A stretch of DNA of 64,000 nucleotides from a virus. A model generated the notes under the pieces. It was given only the letters and a program-made list of their open reading frames with translations, was not told the origin of the DNA and ran no database searches. Within the stretch, counting starts at the first letter, position 1. Each line of letters opens with the position of its first letter. The position numbers and the translations under genes were made by a program. Where the stretch lies: IMG/VR virus record IMGVR_UViG_3300020051_000004; one strand, written 5' to 3'. Shown here piece after piece: positions 1 to 10,207 of the stretch.

Positions 1-698
1 TTCCCAAGCAGAGTGAAATGTCCACCTTTCCCTCTTTTACTAAAACCTCCATCTCCATCAAAATACCCATGCATAAATGCGCTCAAAAAGTTAGTGGGAA
101 CTTTATCAAAAATAGACGCATTTAAATTTAAAGATTTATTAGGAAGAATCCCAAGGGAGTTCAAATCATTAAAAATTTCTTTTCTCGCTATAATTAGCTT
201 TGGCCCAGTTTTATCCTCATGTATTTTTCCGCTATAGCATACAGCCTTTGCAAATAAAATAAGATGACACCTATCTTTTTCAGCCAATCCTATTTGAAGT
301 CTATTTCTGTAAACATTTCCGTCTGCCGCGATAAAGCCCAGCCAATATGCTTTTTCTGGCGTATTTATTTCCTTGAAATAGGTTGCATCTAAATCAAGTT
401 TGTCGATTTTCATTTCGGTATTTGACCTTCCGCCTCCGTGTTTTGCAAGAATTTTACCTATTGAAGATCGCCCAATAGATATTTCTTTACGAATCTGTTT
501 AATGGTCTTTTTTTCTTCAAAGTATAGCTTTACCACTGTAGATTCTTGTTGCTCTGTAATTTTTTGGTTCCTAGAGAAACCGTTAGCGCTTGCCGCCTGA
601 TAAATTTGATTTTTGGTTTTCTGGTATTTTTCACAGAAATATTCTATTGGAACGGAACCGTAATTATTTTTTAGATCTTCTAAGAGGACGCTTTGCAT
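1..698 (-). CDS. LAGLIDADG homing endonuclease with N-terminal HTH (3' end runs off the window)
   Basis: Not in the ORF track. Manual translation from ATG 698: MQSVLLEDLK...YFKEINTPEKAYWLGFIAADG...FMHGYFDGDGG, containing two LAGLIDADG motifs. Confidence 0.9.
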   Translation of the reverse strand, partial: MQSVLLEDLKNNYGSVPIEYFCEKYQKTKNQIYQAASANGFSRNQKITEQQESTVVKLYFEEKKTIKQIRKEISIGRSSIGKILAKHGGGRSNTEMKIDKLDLDATYFKEINTPEKAYWLGFIAADGNVYRNRLQIGLAEKDRCHLILFAKAVCYSGKIHEDKTGPKLIIARKEIFNDLNSLGILPNKSLNLNASIFDKVPTNFLSAFMHGYFDGDGGFSKRGKGGHFTLLG

Positions 699-784
699 AG
701 TAATTATACTATGCAGATGGAGACGAATAATCTATACCTTTATAAGGAATTTTTGGTAGTTTTTAAAGCGTAGTAGTTGGTCGG

Positions 785-1144
785 TCATTGTTTTCTAAGA
801 AGGTCTTCTAGTTTATCCCATTCTTTGCATAGGGAAATTCTTTCTTTTTCAATTTGCTTTAATCTTCTGTCGATTACGTCTATTTTTAAAGGGGCCGCAA
901 AAAGTTTTGCCGCTTTCTTTGTTGGAAAAATATGCGCGGTTGGAAATTGAATTGCCCCATCGTAAGAACATGTTAAAAGACAGTGTTTTCCATTCGGACC
1001 ATTAAAGTCAAACCAGCCGTCGAATGTTTCCTGCCACGTTAGTTCATGAGCGTTGGAATAAAACTTAACTGGCACGATCCAAATTTTATCGCCCCTTTTA
1101 AGTTTTTCTAGGAAGCGTTGTCGGGGTGTTTTTGATTTTTGCAT
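785..1144 (-). CDS. hypothetical protein
   Basis: ORF; start MQKSK chosen to reduce overlap with the upstream ORF. Confidence 0.6.
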   Translation of the reverse strand: MQKSKTPRQRFLEKLKRGDKIWIVPVKFYSNAHELTWQETFDGWFDFNGPNGKHCLLTCSYDGAIQFPTAHIFPTKKAAKLFAAPLKIDVIDRRLKQIEKERISLCKEWDKLEDLLRKQ

Positions 1145-1298
1145 AGAGTTGCCAGTTTTCTTCGTCTTCGTTGTAGAAATCGCAGTGAATTTTTGCTCGC
1201 CAGTAGTCGGAAAACTCGTATTCCTTACCAGTGGTTTCTTTGCGGGCGATGAAGTATTCGATTTCATAGGGGAGATTAAGGAGTTCGTCTGTTGTCAT
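1098..1298 (-). CDS. hypothetical protein
   Basis: ORF preceded by TTGACG-N16-TATCTT on the minus strand. Confidence 0.55.
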   Translation of the reverse strand: MTTDELLNLPYEIEYFIARKETTGKEYEFSDYWRAKIHCDFYNEDEENWQLYAKIKNTPTTLPRKT

Positions 1299-1430
1299 AA
1301 AATTTTTCCGTTAGGACATAAGATACGCACATTGTTTCCATCGTCAAGGAAAGAACATAAACTTTTTGCTAAATTTATCGCATCTTCCAAGTTATCTGCT
1401 ACGTCGGTGCATGGAAACCACATCCCATAT

Positions 1431-2180
1431 TCAAAAATTTGAATTTTCCATAAGGCTCTCCCAACTGAATTCATCGCTCGACATATCCTCCAATTCAGGT
1501 TTGTCCAATGTTTGGTTTTTTCCGCCGATTCGACCAGTTACTATGCGATACGTTACATACGAGTCGTAATCACCCTTATTTCGATAATAAATTGTCTTGG
1601 CCTCTTGAGTCGGCCAATTATTTTGCGCGGCCAATTTTAATGTTTTGGCGCGGAGATTTTCGTCAAAAGGTAAGCTGTTGCTCTCCAAGAAAAGAGTCGG
1701 CGTTGCAAAACTTAAATCAGGAACACAAGTTTGAAAATAAAAAGAATTTCGATGCGTGAAAGAATCATAAAATGGCACGGCTAAAGATAAATCCGCCGAC
1801 CATTTTTCTTTTAAAGTGTCGCAATCCAAGAAACCTTCCGACTCTGTAAAAGCCAGCGAATAGAGCTTCATTAAAAGTTTCGCGCCGTTGTCGTTTTTAG
1901 CGAATACGATTAATTTATGGGCCGAAGTTTTTTTGTCTTCCGCCATTCTATCGTTACAAACGTTGAACCGAATGCCAAAAATTAGTTGAATGCCAAGCTC
2001 TTTTGAACGGTCAAGTGCCGTTTTAAAACCTGTGAACTCGTCTTCTACTAGGACGATTTGTTTTAGGTTGTGGTCCTTGGCGATAGAGAAAATTGAATCG
2101 GGGCCACTGTTTGGTGGCGCTGGTTTCTCAAGAGTAAGAATACTTTTGCGGGAATAGGTGGATTTGAAGAGTGGAATCAT
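1431..2180 (-). CDS. stand-alone PHP domain of DNA polymerase III alpha (split DnaE, N-terminal part)
   Basis: MIPLFKSTYS..SILTL; QLIFGIRF; HKLIVFAKNDNGAKLLMKLYS matches the DnaE PHP pattern; no polymerase core follows. Confidence 0.8.
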   Translation of the reverse strand: MIPLFKSTYSRKSILTLEKPAPPNSGPDSIFSIAKDHNLKQIVLVEDEFTGFKTALDRSKELGIQLIFGIRFNVCNDRMAEDKKTSAHKLIVFAKNDNGAKLLMKLYSLAFTESEGFLDCDTLKEKWSADLSLAVPFYDSFTHRNSFYFQTCVPDLSFATPTLFLESNSLPFDENLRAKTLKLAAQNNWPTQEAKTIYYRNKGDYDSYVTYRIVTGRIGGKNQTLDKPELEDMSSDEFSWESLMENSNF

Positions 2181-2181
2181 G

Positions 2182-3267
2182 TTAATTTCGTCTTTGGAAG
2201 GCAGGACAACCCCCATAAAATTTTTCTGTCCATGAAAATAGCTCAATTGGATACTTTGTCAAGAATTTTTCTCGTTCATCAATAAAGCAAGACGCGACCC
2301 AGTTGTTGTCTTTTTCAATGTAGTAGTAGGGGAAGGCGAACTTCGCTTCGCAGGCAAACATCAACGATCCATCTTTTTTAAGTTGCCCTGGATATGTTGC
2401 TCTTCCACAGAGCAAGGCGCACGAAAAAGAATCATCTGTAGGCATTCCTTGATCAGCGGCGAAGTTTTCTTTAGCCGCTTTTTCATCAAACGACTCCAAG
2501 TATTGCTGGTAGTCTTCTAGCTCGTAATCAAAGCCTTTAACGTCCTCTTCTGTGAATACAACAGTGATTCGTCCGCCGCCATTGTGGACTTGTTTTTTGG
2601 TAGCCTTACCACGGTATTCTCCAGCTAGCCATTCCGACTCTAAAGAGCAGTCAAATTTCAAGAAAAGAAACTCACAAGAGATAGTCTTAACGGGTGGAAT
2701 AATCCCAGCATCAGACATTTTTCTCACGGCCTTAGCATAGAAATTGGCCTGCAATGGATCGGAAACATCTTCGCCACGATAGCATTCTTTTGAAGTTTTG
2801 TAGTCGCGAATTAAAGCGTGGCCATCCTTATAAAGAAACAGTCGGTCAATAAAACCTTTGATCCTGTATCTATCTAGCTCCTCAAATAAAAATTCTTTCT
2901 CAGTAAAAACATGAGTAGGATCACCACGAAGCGTTCCATAAAAGTCATAAGACAACCCATTAAGAGTAAAGTCCTTAATCTTTTGAACGTTCTCTGGCGT
3001 GTCAATTTCCAGTTTGAGCAGCCACTTATAAGTTAAGTGTTTGATTCCTTGGCAAGCAAAAATATCGCGGCGCTTCAGTATTTTTTTTACAACGCTCTTT
3101 CGTCTGTCTATTGCAAGACATTCAAGAATAATGTGGACAATCCCACCGACTTTTGAGCCACTATTTCCTCTACTTGGAATATGAAGTAAGTACGAAGACC
3201 AATACTTCCAACTACAACCTATTGCGGTTTTATCTTTGCTTGCTGATTGAGTGACAGTTAATGGCAT
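2182..3267 (-). CDS. PD-(D/E)XK exonuclease, RecB/Cas4-like
   Basis: IKGFIDRLF...IRDYKTSK...QANFYA; N-terminal Cys plus C-terminal Cys cluster. Confidence 0.8.
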   Translation of the reverse strand: MPLTVTQSASKDKTAIGCSWKYWSSYLLHIPSRGNSGSKVGGIVHIILECLAIDRRKSVVKKILKRRDIFACQGIKHLTYKWLLKLEIDTPENVQKIKDFTLNGLSYDFYGTLRGDPTHVFTEKEFLFEELDRYRIKGFIDRLFLYKDGHALIRDYKTSKECYRGEDVSDPLQANFYAKAVRKMSDAGIIPPVKTISCEFLFLKFDCSLESEWLAGEYRGKATKKQVHNGGGRITVVFTEEDVKGFDYELEDYQQYLESFDEKAAKENFAADQGMPTDDSFSCALLCGRATYPGQLKKDGSLMFACEAKFAFPYYYIEKDNNWVASCFIDEREKFLTKYPIELFSWTEKFYGGCPAFQRRN

Positions 3268-4343
3268 TACAGTTTCTTTAAAAATTTCTCAAGTCCATCT
3301 TTTGAGAAGTGGGGTTTGTTCTTTTGGGTGTATTCATAAATTTCTTTGGGCGGCAAAAATTCTCCGCTGCGATTCCACTTTAAAACGTCAATGCCACTTT
3401 CGTGCATCTCGGAAACGTCATTAAGAATGGGCAACCTAATTGCTAACCTGTCAAGAGAAAAAACACTAGAAAGTTTCGCCATTGTTTTAATGGCGGCGAT
3501 TTTTCCTCTGTTTCCATCTTTTGTGTCTTCCTTGGTTGAGTCGTTGTTGGTGGAGATTATGATTTTCTTTGGATTTTTCTCAAGAAGAAAGGCAAGCATT
3601 TCAGCGGAACAGCCTAGTCCAAAGTTTACCAAGTGATTTTCGCATCCATGTTCCGTTAAAGCTAAAGAGTCTCCAATGCTCTCAACTACCGTGATTTCTC
3701 CCAGTAGGTCGATTTTTTCTCGACATTCTGGCAAATTTGGAAGGTAAAATGGATAAATCCAGCCCTGCTTTTTGCCAATGTGTTTCCACTTAGCAAAAGT
3801 GGATTCTTCTGTCCAATTTGTTGCGCGGCCCGAAAAACCAATTAAATCTTCGCTCTCATCAAAGATTGGAAACACTGTTCGGTTATACATCTGGCCCGAC
3901 ATAGCGAAGCCAGCCTGATATTTCTTCATTGTAGCGGGCGAAATATTCTTGCGCGTATAGAAAAAATAGTTCGGCGCTAATCGGGTTAAACAGTCTTTTT
4001 CGTAAATTCGTGGCATTTCAAGTTGTTTTTTAATTTTAACGGGCGCTTGTATGTTTTTGCCGTTTAGTATTTCTTTGATCTTTTTTGAGTCGGAAATGTG
4101 GTGCTTGAGTAGTTGGCCGAATGAGAATTTTTCGTTGGCCGCATAGTCAATGCAATATCCATTGTTCTTATAAACTTGAAGGCTAGTAGGGTTATCGCCG
4201 CCCCTATAAACTGCCTTTGTTCTAAAAAATTGGCCGCAATCTTGAAGCGGCCCATATCCTAAATCTAGTAAAATCTCCCGAACTCTACCAGCTTCAAACT
4301 CAAAATTGTTTGAGGTCGTAGTATTTTTGGAGAAACTTTTCAT
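3267..4343 (-). CDS. DNA primase (TOPRIM)
   Basis: RTVFPIFD...IGFSGR; VVESIGDSLAL; STNND; PILNDVSEM. Start could extend to 4385. Confidence 0.85.
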   Translation of the reverse strand: MKSFSKNTTTSNNFEFEAGRVREILLDLGYGPLQDCGQFFRTKAVYRGGDNPTSLQVYKNNGYCIDYAANEKFSFGQLLKHHISDSKKIKEILNGKNIQAPVKIKKQLEMPRIYEKDCLTRLAPNYFFYTRKNISPATMKKYQAGFAMSGQMYNRTVFPIFDESEDLIGFSGRATNWTEESTFAKWKHIGKKQGWIYPFYLPNLPECREKIDLLGEITVVESIGDSLALTEHGCENHLVNFGLGCSAEMLAFLLEKNPKKIIISTNNDSTKEDTKDGNRGKIAAIKTMAKLSSVFSLDRLAIRLPILNDVSEMHESGIDVLKWNRSGEFLPPKEIYEYTQKNKPHFSKDGLEKFLKKL

Positions 4344-4536
4344 TCTTTGCTGCGATTTGAAGGACACATTCTGGGCATAAATCATGGGTAAAAGCTTGAA
4401 GACGAGTTTCCTTGTGCTCTGTTAGTTTTGCGCTGCCCCAATAAAGGGGGAATTTACTTGAGCCGTCCGTTTGGTGCTCTGCTTCGTACCCGCAATTATC
4501 GCAGATGCATTTGTAGGTTTTGATTTGTCTAAGCAT
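4300..4536 (-). CDS. small Zn-finger protein
   Basis: CDNCG...LCPEC. Confidence 0.6.
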   Translation of the reverse strand: MLRQIKTYKCICDNCGYEAEHQTDGSSKFPLYWGSAKLTEHKETRLQAFTHDLCPECVLQIAAKNEKFLQKYYDLKQF

Positions 4537-4978
4537 ATGGTCGAAGCAGGTTAGGGGTTTCGCAAATGTTTCCAATTACCTCTAAACTGTTTTTGCGCAA
4601 CGAATATTTCATATCAAAAAAATCTGTTGAAACGCCGCTATATAAATCTTCTTGAGAACTGCCCGATAGAAGAATCCACCCACCTTTACAGAACAAAACC
4701 TCTAGTGGCTGTTTGTTGTTTCTGCTTAGAACAATGTCTCCCTCGTAAACTTCAGTATCTTTTTTATCTAGAAGTCCAGTGAACTGTTGCACCACATAGT
4801 CGCTTGGTTTATCTGGATGAATGAGCCGAATAAATTTTTCAATTGTTAGGTTTTCATACCGTTTTTCTTCATCTGGAGCGAAAAAAGATTCGCAGTAAGA
4901 AAAAGAAAGGCCGTTGCGGGTTTCAAGGTATTTATCTTCTTTCTTGGAGAAGACGCGGAATTTGATTGTTCTGTTCAT
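4529..4978 (-). CDS. YopX family protein
   Basis: IKFRVF...QQFTGLLDKKDTEVYEGDIV...EVIGNI. Confidence 0.9.
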   Translation of the reverse strand: MNRTIKFRVFSKKEDKYLETRNGLSFSYCESFFAPDEEKRYENLTIEKFIRLIHPDKPSDYVVQQFTGLLDKKDTEVYEGDIVLSRNNKQPLEVLFCKGGWILLSGSSQEDLYSGVSTDFFDMKYSLRKNSLEVIGNICETPNLLRPYA

Positions 4979-4992
4979 GTTTTTGTGTTTTT

Positions 4993-5415
4993 TTAGCTTA
5001 AAAGTTCTGGGTTTTCAAAAACATTTCCGATTACAACATAACCGTCAACCATGTTTGGATTTGTCAATGTAGTATATTCAAATAGCGTACCCACTCCATC
5101 AATAACGAAGGCTCCAGACTCGAAACTTATTGAGTTTCCAGTTTTAGTCAATGCTCTTTTATCCCATTTTATAATGTCACCCTCATAGATTTCGCGACCA
5201 GTTTTGTCGGTTAAACCCGTGAATTGTTGAATGATTAAATCGCCGCTTATAATTTTCGCTTGAGCCTCCGAGCATAAAAAATGCCGAATCCCAAATGGGT
5301 CTCCATAAGTTCTAAATGAAACAACTTGATAAGTACCAATCAAATCTGGCAGTTCTCTCCATTGAGAATATTCTTTGTCGTAAAAACGAAATTTAAAAGG
5401 GCGGTGGTTCGTCAT
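4993..5415 (-). CDS. YopX family protein
   Basis: FKFRFYD...QQFTGLTDKTGREIYEGDII...VIGNVFENPELL. Confidence 0.9.
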   Translation of the reverse strand: MTNHRPFKFRFYDKEYSQWRELPDLIGTYQVVSFRTYGDPFGIRHFLCSEAQAKIISGDLIIQQFTGLTDKTGREIYEGDIIKWDKRALTKTGNSISFESGAFVIDGVGTLFEYTTLTNPNMVDGYVVIGNVFENPELLS

Positions 5416-6892
5416 GGTCTGATGTTTGAAGTTTTGGGTTTGTTGATTTGGCTTTTACAATATCGCGTAAGTCGCCCCGCTCTTCAACTGAAAAATTAGA
5501 AAAATCGAGGTTAATAAAGTTTTGAACTAACTCATCTCCGAATTTCACGTATTCCAAGTCTCCAGCTACATCTTCTCCAAGGTGGCGGGCTTTAATTCTA
5601 ATTAATTTATGAGTGCCGAATTGCGGGCCTTCGTTCATAATTTCTTCCATAACCTTCTTGCGAAGAATGAATGCGTGAGAACTATAATGAATAATTCTAT
5701 CGGCCCCAGAGATGATGCTTTCGTCGTCAACAATTTGATTAGCCTTCTTATTGGTTGTTACGCCAGAGCGATTTGCCTGCGCCGAAGTAAAAATACTAAT
5801 CATGGGTTTGCCGTCAAAAACAATCTCTTTCTGGATAAATCTTTTGAGCCTATTCACCAAGTCTCCAAGAACTTGCCACTCAGGGGAATTTGATCCCGCC
5901 GAATCTGGTGGTTTGATATAGTCAAAAGAGATGATCATCTTATTGCCTCTACCAACTTCATTGTAGTAATACCTACGTGCAATATCAATAATATCATCAA
6001 CACCCATTCCAGCAACGCTGTAGTAGATGAACTTGCTGTAGTTCTCTTTGATTTTTTGGATAGCGTCTCTTACTTTTTTGCATGTTTCTGGGTTGTTTCT
6101 CCATTTGCCTTTTTTAATTAAGTAATGGGAGACTCCAGAGAGCGCCGAAATGCGCCGAAGTTGAAGCTCTTCTTTTGACATTTCTCCATTATCAAGATGT
6201 AGAACTGGAATCTTATATTTGTCGCCAACAAAGCAGCATTCGTCTAAGGCTAAGGTTGTTTTGCCAGCAGCGGACCTTGCAACAATAGTTGTTACGTTCC
6301 CTGGTTCATGGAGACTTCCGTAAATGCGATTTAAAATTTCAAACCGCCCAAAGATTTCTTCTTTTTGTTCCTTCCCCATGTTCTCGATAACTTCTTCAAT
6401 GTCATCGTAGATATTTACTGGAAGGTCGCTATCAAGTTCAAAATGGTTGATCTTTTTATTATAAATACCATCAGCAGTTTGAATAATATCAATGAACGAC
6501 GAAGAAGGGTCGATCTTCTCCATAGCCTTGCTTAACTCTTGCCCCGTCTTGGCCAACTCTCTTCTGACGCTGAGCTTTTTCAGCTCTCGGGCAATTTTAA
6601 ACGCGGCCCCATCTTCTGATCCTCTTTTGGACAGACCCAAGACGTATCTTGAAATTGGAAGATCGCCTTTATGATTTAAGTTTAGTTGCTCAATTCTTTG
6701 AGCAACTATGTTTCCATTAATTTCTTCGCCACTTTCGACACTTCTTCTAATTATCGAAATGATTGTAGAATCTGGCATATCATCATCATAAATATCACTC
6801 TCACAGAAGAACGAATTGATCGAAAGCCACTCAGACGGTTTTTTTAAAAGCGCCGTGATTAAATTTTGTTGTAGTGTTGTATCGTAAAGCAT
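5393..6892 (-). CDS. dnaB: replicative DNA helicase, DnaB-like
   Basis: Walker A ARSAAGKTT; DNGEMS; FDYIK; SAQANR; IKARH. Confidence 0.9.
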   Translation of the reverse strand: MLYDTTLQQNLITALLKKPSEWLSINSFFCESDIYDDDMPDSTIISIIRRSVESGEEINGNIVAQRIEQLNLNHKGDLPISRYVLGLSKRGSEDGAAFKIARELKKLSVRRELAKTGQELSKAMEKIDPSSSFIDIIQTADGIYNKKINHFELDSDLPVNIYDDIEEVIENMGKEQKEEIFGRFEILNRIYGSLHEPGNVTTIVARSAAGKTTLALDECCFVGDKYKIPVLHLDNGEMSKEELQLRRISALSGVSHYLIKKGKWRNNPETCKKVRDAIQKIKENYSKFIYYSVAGMGVDDIIDIARRYYYNEVGRGNKMIISFDYIKPPDSAGSNSPEWQVLGDLVNRLKRFIQKEIVFDGKPMISIFTSAQANRSGVTTNKKANQIVDDESIISGADRIIHYSSHAFILRKKVMEEIMNEGPQFGTHKLIRIKARHLGEDVAGDLEYVKFGDELVQNFINLDFSNFSVEERGDLRDIVKAKSTNPKLQTSDHDEPPPF

Positions 6893-6894
6893 TT

Positions 6895-7134
6895 TTATTC
6901 CTCGTTCATTTCTTCCATATTTCCCATTATGTCTCGCTCGTTCATTTTTTCGCACCAAGTTTCGACAGTTTTTCTCAAGCCCATCATTGTTGCAGAATCA
7001 ATTTCTCGCGGCACTAATGAACGCGCATTTCCTTCACTGTCAAAGTAAAAAAGAACAAAACCTTTGTATGAGTCCTTTTTACCTGTGAGTTCGTAGATTT
7101 TCTGTAGGAAAGTTTCGGGGATTTGGAATGGCAT
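6895..7134 (-). CDS. hypothetical protein
   Basis: ORF within the replication block. Confidence 0.65.
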   Translation of the reverse strand: MPFQIPETFLQKIYELTGKKDSYKGFVLFYFDSEGNARSLVPREIDSATMMGLRKTVETWCEKMNERDIMGNMEEMNEE

Positions 7135-7170
7135 AGCTAAGATATTACGCCCAAATGTCCAAAACATTAC

Positions 7171-7599
7171 CTACAATTCAACACCTTGGGAAAGAAAAAG
7201 TTGTTCTATTTCGGCGCGAGTCTTTTTATAAAACTCTTTCTCGGTAAATTCAACAAGCACTATTCCATTTCTTTCGCAGAATTCAATCTTTTCTAGGTCG
7301 CGTTTAACTTGACTAAGAAAATTCATTTTACTGCCGCGATGAAAAAAATCATTGTATTTTGCATGTTGGCCCCCCATCGCCTCAATTACAACTCTCTTAG
7401 TTGCGTTATAAATATCGAATCGACTTCTTGTTCCCACTACAGGAAACTCCTCGAACACAAAATCGGCTTTCCAGTAATCAAAAAGAAAATCCTTCACGGC
7501 CTTTTGAAATTTAGATAAACTTTTGCCCTCCCAGTCGATTAGATACTTGGAGGTTTTTTTAACTGTTTTTTTGCGGCCTTTTGCGTCAAGGAAAGTCAT
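7171..7599 (-). CDS. Vsr/DUF559-like PD-(D/E)XK endonuclease
   Basis: EEFPV...RFDIY...VIEAMGGQH...RDLEKIEFCERNGIVLVEF. Confidence 0.7.
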   Translation of the reverse strand: MTFLDAKGRKKTVKKTSKYLIDWEGKSLSKFQKAVKDFLFDYWKADFVFEEFPVVGTRSRFDIYNATKRVVIEAMGGQHAKYNDFFHRGSKMNFLSQVKRDLEKIEFCERNGIVLVEFTEKEFYKKTRAEIEQLFLSQGVEL

Positions 7600-8751
7600 T
7601 TAGGAAATAATCTCTACAATCTCGTTCGTAAAAAAATCAAGCACGCTTTCATTTTCTGGCTGCTGAAGATATTCAAGAAGGTTATCGTAACCTTGAATCT
7701 TCTCTTGTAGTGTTAGTCCAGCCGATTGAGCCTTTTCTCTAATGTCGTCTGGAAACTTAAACCATGAGCCTGATTTTTCAACCATTTCGTAAGCGATCAT
7801 CATATCGCAAACCTCAAGGGACTTCCAGATACAATTGCCAGTTTTGCCTTTTTGAATTGGGTATTTTACTGTAATTCCAGAGACATCGTTTGCTGATTTT
7901 TTAATCGCAAGCTTCACCCATAAGCCTTTGATTTTGTTTTTAAATTGATCTGGCTGTTCCTTTGGCTTTTCAAGGATATAATCTCCATTATACCTAGGTT
8001 GAAACTCAAAAACATAATCCGACTGGTGTCCAATAGATGATCCACCACTGCTACTAGCTTGGCGAGGAACATTTGGCGCATATGGATCAATCTTGATTTC
8101 AGCGGCGTATTGCCCCGTGACAATAAGAAGAGCGTCATAATGAGCAATTGGAAGTGCTAAATGGCGGAACAATTCTTTTGTAAGCTTTGGAACGCCAGCT
8201 ACCTTTACTTCTCCATCCATATGTTTTTCTAAATCTTTCTTGAGAATAAGTCCATCCAAAGAATCAATAATAATGCAAATATTTTCGCCGCACTCATATC
8301 CTGATTTTAGTGTATCTACAATAATTTTTGCTACTGTTTCAAATACATTACAAGAAAGAACGAACACGGTTCCTTCAGTCCATTCATCAGGAGAATCTAC
8401 AAAATTAAGCCCAACTCTATGCTTCATTTCTTTAGAGAGCCGCCCCTCTGCTTTGACAAAAATCGTCTTGGATTTTGGCATCGCTTTCATGTAGTTTTCT
8501 GCCAAAACAAAGGATAAACTGGTCTTACCCTGCTCCGCCCCTTTTCCTACAAGGCGAATAACTTGACCAGAACGGATTTTGACAACCGAATCAAGAATAA
8601 TTGACCCACTAGAAATTGGCGTTCCTAATGGAATAATTGAGTTATAAATGTCGCCCGAGTAATTTTTATCTTGCATTAAAGACTTGAGAATGTCGGAAGA
8701 TGTTTGTTTTTTATCTTCTTTCGGTGGAAGGGTGCGTTTGATTGTGGCCAT
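7600..8751 (-). CDS. RecA/UvsX-like recombinase
   Basis: ISSGSIILD; GAEQGKTS; IIIDSLDGL; SGGSSIGH; VEKSGSWF. Confidence 0.9.
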   Translation of the reverse strand: MATIKRTLPPKEDKKQTSSDILKSLMQDKNYSGDIYNSIIPLGTPISSGSIILDSVVKIRSGQVIRLVGKGAEQGKTSLSFVLAENYMKAMPKSKTIFVKAEGRLSKEMKHRVGLNFVDSPDEWTEGTVFVLSCNVFETVAKIIVDTLKSGYECGENICIIIDSLDGLILKKDLEKHMDGEVKVAGVPKLTKELFRHLALPIAHYDALLIVTGQYAAEIKIDPYAPNVPRQASSSGGSSIGHQSDYVFEFQPRYNGDYILEKPKEQPDQFKNKIKGLWVKLAIKKSANDVSGITVKYPIQKGKTGNCIWKSLEVCDMMIAYEMVEKSGSWFKFPDDIREKAQSAGLTLQEKIQGYDNLLEYLQQPENESVLDFFTNEIVEIIS

Positions 8752-8762
8752 GTGTTTTAGTG

Positions 8763-9026
8763 TTATTCTGCTTTGAAGTAAGGATTATCCCATGAGCCGC
8801 TTTTACCAAGGGTATTAAGAAGCTCTTGTTCAGAAATCATATTTGCGGCGCAAAGTTTTTCTGTAATTAATTTTAAAAGATCAAGATAATTACCGCTATC
8901 TAAGTTTGCGCGACTTGAATCATAGTCAGATACATCGGTTACGCCATTAAGAGCATAATCAAGATAGCATCTAATTGATACAGGAGATTCAACTGAATTG
9001 TTTTTGTTATAGGCTACTTGGATCAT
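8763..9026 (-). CDS. hypothetical protein
   Basis: tightly packed ORF. Confidence 0.6.
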   Translation of the reverse strand: MIQVAYNKNNSVESPVSIRCYLDYALNGVTDVSDYDSSRANLDSGNYLDLLKLITEKLCAANMISEQELLNTLGKSGSWDNPYFKAE

Positions 9027-9027
9027 A

Positions 9028-9240
9028 TTACCTTTGTTCTATTTCGCTCCACGCGCAAAAGGTTTCCATCCAATATTCTGGGTATTGTTGTTTTTCTATC
9101 CTCTGTATTTTATTTATATTCTTGGCAAAATCTTCGCCGCCATTAAGAATCCTTGATACAAATTCTTCAACCGTTATTTTATGAGGGTAAAAAAGTTCAG
9201 TTGTGTCTTGTCTGATGGGTTTGTCGAAAAATGTTCTCAT
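9028..9240 (-). CDS. hypothetical protein
   Basis: tightly packed ORF. Confidence 0.6.
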   Translation of the reverse strand: MRTFFDKPIRQDTTELFYPHKITVEEFVSRILNGGEDFAKNINKIQRIEKQQYPEYWMETFCAWSEIEQR

Positions 9241-9596
9241 ATTAGTTCCCTCAGCGACAATTTCCTCTCCACTTTAACATCTTCGCCGAATTTTTCTGGC
9301 GATAGTTCAATGGTTTCTGGAATTTTTGGTTGGTAATTAAAGGCATAAAACTTGCGGGCCAATTCTGTTTCGCCCCACTCACTAGACAGTACGGCCAAAC
9401 TAGGCAACTTCTTTCCAAAATCAACGGTATTCAAGAACTCTAGCGAGAACTTTTCTTCAAGTCTCTTTAGCATAGTGAACTCGCGCATACTCCATTCTCG
9501 GATGTTTTGAGATGGTTTCTCAACAAGTCGTTCGAGCAACTTTGTTTTGTTGATCGGCGGCGGTTTTGGGGTTTTGATTTTTTTAGGGCGGGCCAT
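9237..9596 (-). CDS. hypothetical protein
   Basis: ORF from MARPKK. Confidence 0.65.
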   Translation of the reverse strand: MARPKKIKTPKPPPINKTKLLERLVEKPSQNIREWSMREFTMLKRLEEKFSLEFLNTVDFGKKLPSLAVLSSEWGETELARKFYAFNYQPKIPETIELSPEKFGEDVKVERKLSLRELI

Positions 9597-9603
9597 ATTA
9601 TGT

Positions 9604-10182
9604 TCAGGCAAAAACTGGCCTATCGAAAAAATGATACATCCCAATATTAATCCAGTTTCGCACTTCAGCCATATTTAGAAATAATTCTTCATTGGTTTCA
9701 TGTTTACGATTTTCACAGTCAAAAGCCATTGGTTTAAGCCCTCCATTGGTAGAGCGAAACAAAAACAAGTAACTTCTTTGGCCGACTTTCATTTGTCCTA
9801 AAGTTTTTGACGACATTTCAAAACTAACTTCTTCTCCTTCTGGTAAGTATTCTGGGAACCTATGAACATTAAAAATTGTCAACCATTCTCCATCTACAAA
9901 CTCTGAACTAATAATTTCTTGAATGGATTCCGATTCGATATTCTTATAATCTCCAAGAATTTGGAAACGATTTTCTAGTTCTTCTATCTCCTCTTGAGCT
10001 AAATCAAAGGTAATGTAATGCTTGTTTTCAAGGGTGTAATCTGTTGCCATGATGGCAAACTTTGCTCCATGAGGCTGCAAAATAGAACATGTCACGAAAT
10101 ACTCTTTATCGGGGATTTCGTAGTGGCCTGTTGGTTTTACGGTTTTTAGATACCATTTTTCTTCAAATTGTTGTCGGGTCAT
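9604..10182 (-). CDS. hypothetical protein
   Basis: 192-aa ORF. Confidence 0.7.
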   Translation of the reverse strand: MTRQQFEEKWYLKTVKPTGHYEIPDKEYFVTCSILQPHGAKFAIMATDYTLENKHYITFDLAQEEIEELENRFQILGDYKNIESESIQEIISSEFVDGEWLTIFNVHRFPEYLPEGEEVSFEMSSKTLGQMKVGQRSYLFLFRSTNGGLKPMAFDCENRKHETNEELFLNMAEVRNWINIGMYHFFDRPVFA

Positions 10183-10207
10183 AAGTTGTGTTATAAGTTG
10201 TGTTATA

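Noticed and set aside
2182-3267. CRISPR-Cas system (Cas4-like gene, TnpB as Cas12f)
   Set aside because: No repeat-spacer array is visible in the window; the nuclease is in a replication operon and TnpB has IS ends.
10181-10207. Tandem 12-mer ATAAGTTGTGTT x2
   Set aside because: Most simply a duplicated translation leader; only two copies.
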